A program made the translations under genes and the position numbers. From positions 3,744,001 through 3,808,000 of the forward strand of contig OZ245838.1 of the NCBI GenBank assembly GCA_965228735.1: 64,000 nucleotides of DNA. The letters are read 5' to 3'. The stretch is from Planctomycetota bacterium (GTDB taxonomy: Bacteria > Planctomycetota > UBA1135 > UBA2386). This document shows, piece after piece, positions 61,667-64,000 of the stretch (position 1 is the stretch's first letter; every line of letters starts with the position of its first letter). The notes beneath the pieces were generated by a model. That model worked only from the letters and a program-made list of their open reading frames with translations, ran no database searches and had not been told where the DNA came from.

Positions 61667-62848
61667 ATGAAGCGGACGTTGATCGAGGTCTTCTGCGGTC
61701 TGGCAGTCCTGGTGTTGATGGTGTCATTCCATCATCAGATCGCCAGGCTCGAGATGCAGCAGCACGACGTCACGAACCTCGAGCAGAAGCTCGACGAAGT
61801 GGCCGAAGTGGTCGGCGACACGACCCAGATCGACGCCATGCGGCGCCAGATCCTCAACCAGACCGAGGCCCGGATGCGCGAGCTCGAGCAGCAGCTCGCC
61901 CATGCCAACGCGGGTTCTTCCGACCGGAAGCGCCTCGAGTCGGAGCTGAAGCGCGCCAAGAGCGAGGTCGAGATCTTCCGCAGCGAGCTGTCGACCGACT
62001 TCGCGCGCACCAAGGCGCTCGTCGACGCCTACATCAACGAGGTCCGCACCAAAGAGCGCGACGCCGCGCTGCGCCTCGACGAGACGCAGAACGCGATCGC
62101 CACGATCGCGAGCAGCATCCACCGCGACCCGTCGGAGCTGACCAAGGCCATGCTGCTGCCGACCGTGCAGCTCAACGGCGATGACACCGTCGGTTCGGGC
62201 ACGCTGGTCTACTCGGGCAAGAACAGCAAGAGCGGCAAGGTCGAGAGCTACGTGCTCACGAGCCACCACGTCGTGCGCAACATTCTCGCGGACACGCCGC
62301 GGGCGGCGCGCCTCGGCTTCGATGTCACGATCTACCTGCCGGGCGAGCGCCTGATCGTGAAGGGCAAGATGATCGCCAGCAAGCCCAAGATCGACGCCGC
62401 GCTCGTCCAGCTCGAAACCGACAAGGAGCTGCCGTTCGTCGCCGACGTCATCCGGCGCCAGCACACCGCGCACCGCGTCAAGGTGTGGGAGTCCGTCACC
62501 GCGGTCGGCTGCCCGCTCGGCAACGACCCGGTGCCGAGCAGCGGCCAGATCAGCTCGCTGCAGAACGAGCTCAACGGCAGCAACTACTGGATGATCAACG
62601 CGCCGACCTACTTCGGCAACAGCGGCGGCGGCATCTACCTCGCCGGCACGCACCAGCTCATCGGCGTGTTCTCCAAGATCTACACGCACGGCAAGGGCAA
62701 CCCGGTCGTCGTGCCGCACATGGGCCTCTGCACGCCGATGGACCTGGTCTACGAGTGGCTCGACGACGAAGGCCTCGACCACCTGCTCACGAGCCGCGAC
62801 GTGGAGCCGATCGACCTCGGCCCCCTCGCCGCCCCGATGGGCAAGTAG
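61667..62848 (+). CDS. Membrane-anchored coiled-coil trypsin-like serine protease
   Basis: N-terminal TM, coiled coil and the catalytic triad LTSHHVV / IDAALV / GNSGGG. There is no PDZ domain. Confidence 0.88.
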   Translation: MKRTLIEVFCGLAVLVLMVSFHHQIARLEMQQHDVTNLEQKLDEVAEVVGDTTQIDAMRRQILNQTEARMRELEQQLAHANAGSSDRKRLESELKRAKSEVEIFRSELSTDFARTKALVDAYINEVRTKERDAALRLDETQNAIATIASSIHRDPSELTKAMLLPTVQLNGDDTVGSGTLVYSGKNSKSGKVESYVLTSHHVVRNILADTPRAARLGFDVTIYLPGERLIVKGKMIASKPKIDAALVQLETDKELPFVADVIRRQHTAHRVKVWESVTAVGCPLGNDPVPSSGQISSLQNELNGSNYWMINAPTYFGNSGGGIYLAGTHQLIGVFSKIYTHGKGNPVVVPHMGLCTPMDLVYEWLDDEGLDHLLTSRDVEPIDLGPLAAPMGK

Positions 62849-62928
62849 CCCGTACGGAACCAGGTACATGTTGCCGGCCTCGCTACCGCGGTAGCGAGGC
62901 CGGCAACATGTACCTGGTTCCGTACGGG
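62849..62928. repeat. Perfect 80-bp palindrome whose ends are REP family A
   Basis: cccgtacggaaccaggtacatgttgccggcctcgctaccg is followed directly by its exact reverse complement, with no loop and no mismatch. Confidence 0.9.
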
Positions 62929-62945
62929 TCACGGTACCGCCACAC

Positions 62946-63422
62946 TCAGTCGGTCGTGCTGCCGCTGAGGGCTTGCCAGCCGCCGCGGGCGACTTCGACG
63001 CCCTGGTCCCAGCCGGCGGCGATGAAGTCGACGGCCGTGTGCGCCCAGGGCCAGTCGAGCACGGAGCCGACGAAGAGCACGAGCGCGACCGGGATCACGA
63101 GCTTGCCGACCGCGGAGGCGATGCGGAAGACGGCGTTGAGCACGTGCAGCGCGATCCACGCGCCCGCGAACGTGACGCCCGCCGCGATCGCGGCCGGCAG
63201 CGGATCCGGGGTCTGGGTGTAGGTCGCGATGCCGGCGAACACGGCCGCGATGCCCGAGATCATGCCGAACGTGCCGAACACGTGGCTCGCCCGCGGCGCT
63301 GGCGGCGGGGCCGGCTGCGGTGCTGGCTGACTCACCGGCGCCGGCTGCGGTGCGGGCACCAGGGCCGGCGCCGGGCTCGGCGGCGGCGGTGGAGCGTGAT
63401 GACCTCTGCGGAAGTAACCCAT
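62946..63422 (-). CDS. Membrane protein with a Pro-rich N-terminus
   Basis: A PPPPPSPAPALVPAPQPAP tract is followed by three hydrophobic helices. Confidence 0.6.
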   Translation of the reverse strand: MGYFRRGHHAPPPPPSPAPALVPAPQPAPVSQPAPQPAPPPAPRASHVFGTFGMISGIAAVFAGIATYTQTPDPLPAAIAAGVTFAGAWIALHVLNAVFRIASAVGKLVIPVALVLFVGSVLDWPWAHTAVDFIAAGWDQGVEVARGGWQALSGSTTD

Positions 63423-63637
63423 GACGGGATTCGGGCGGGCGGGGTTGGAACGGCAAATCGCCATGTGGGCTATACCGAACGACCACGGCCACTATTCGCG
63501 ACGCCCGTGCGGGCGCCTCGAGCATGGCCCCATGATAGCGCAAACCCCTGCCAGGAGATCACCTTCGGACGACGTCGGGGGTTGGCCGACCGTCGGCGGC
63601 GAGCCGTAAGGCGCCGAATACCGACGGCACCGGCGGC

Positions 63638-64000
63638 TCAGGGCCGCTGCTTCAGAGCATGGCCGAGCTTCTGCAGCTCCGGGCTCTCGACGCCGAGCGC
63701 GAGGCACCGATCGTGCCACGCGCGCGCCTCGTCCATGCGACCGAGGTCGCGCAGGCAGCGCAGGCGCGCTTCGTGCAGCTTGGGCAGGCGCGGCCGTTCG
63801 AGCAGCGCCTGGTCGACGAGCTCGAGCGCGCGCTTGCAGTTCTGCCGGCCGGCGAAGAGCTCGGCCATCTCGAACAGCACGTCGGGCTGACCCGGCGAGA
63901 GTTCCAGCGCTTCGGCAAACAGGTCGAGCGCACCTCCCGTGTCGCCGAGCCGCCGGCGCGCGACGCCGCCGAAGAACAGCGCCGGCCAGAACTCGTCCTG
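63638..64000 (-). CDS. TPR protein, C-terminal part (runs off the window)
   Basis: The frame is open from 64000: QDEFWPALFFGGVARRRLGDTGGALDLFAEALELSPGQPDVLFEMAEL...LRDLGRMDEARAW. Confidence 0.75.
   Translation of the reverse strand, partial: QDEFWPALFFGGVARRRLGDTGGALDLFAEALELSPGQPDVLFEMAELFAGRQNCKRALELVDQALLERPRLPKLHEARLRCLRDLGRMDEARAWHDRCLALGVESPELQKLGHALKQRP

Overview
High-GC bacterial window, probably Planctomycetota (inferred from gene style, not from a marker gene). There are three parts. (1) 1-32.6 kb is chromosomal backbone: secreted hypothetical proteins, carB, transaldolase, a ~2,100-aa secreted protein, a truncated ATP-cone/P-loop kinase, a PAS-GGDEF protein, a Ddl-like ATP-grasp ligase and a MoxR/DUF58/2xVWA (bat-like) operon. 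(2) ~32.7-53.5 kb is a visibly lower-GC polymorphic-toxin island: a truncated deaminase toxin tip with a probable immunity gene, one IS3 and two IS256 elements, a truncated helicase-like gene, an ECF sigma factor, a 2,076-aa signal-peptide Rhs toxin, a stand-alone SPOUT methyltransferase, SMI1/KNR4, Fic and barstar. (3) 53.5-64 kb is backbone again: aat, a coiled-coil/RelE-like fusion, a pilM/pilO-like pair, an ECF sigma/anti-sigma pair, ribBA and a serine protease. The first top finding is a candidate new selenoprotein at 19077-19772(-): an in-frame UGA gives a UxxC motif and is followed immediately by a bacterial-SECIS-like hairpin with a GGUC loop. The second is an Rhs toxin with a colicin-D-like RNase tip whose immunity-gene position is occupied by a TrmL/TrmH-like 2'-O-methyltransferase, which suggests immunity by modifying the target. 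Two families of intergenic REP-like repeats were also found, including a perfect 80-bp palindrome. No tRNA, rRNA or CRISPR array was seen. All family assignments come from motif recognition by eye; no searches were run.
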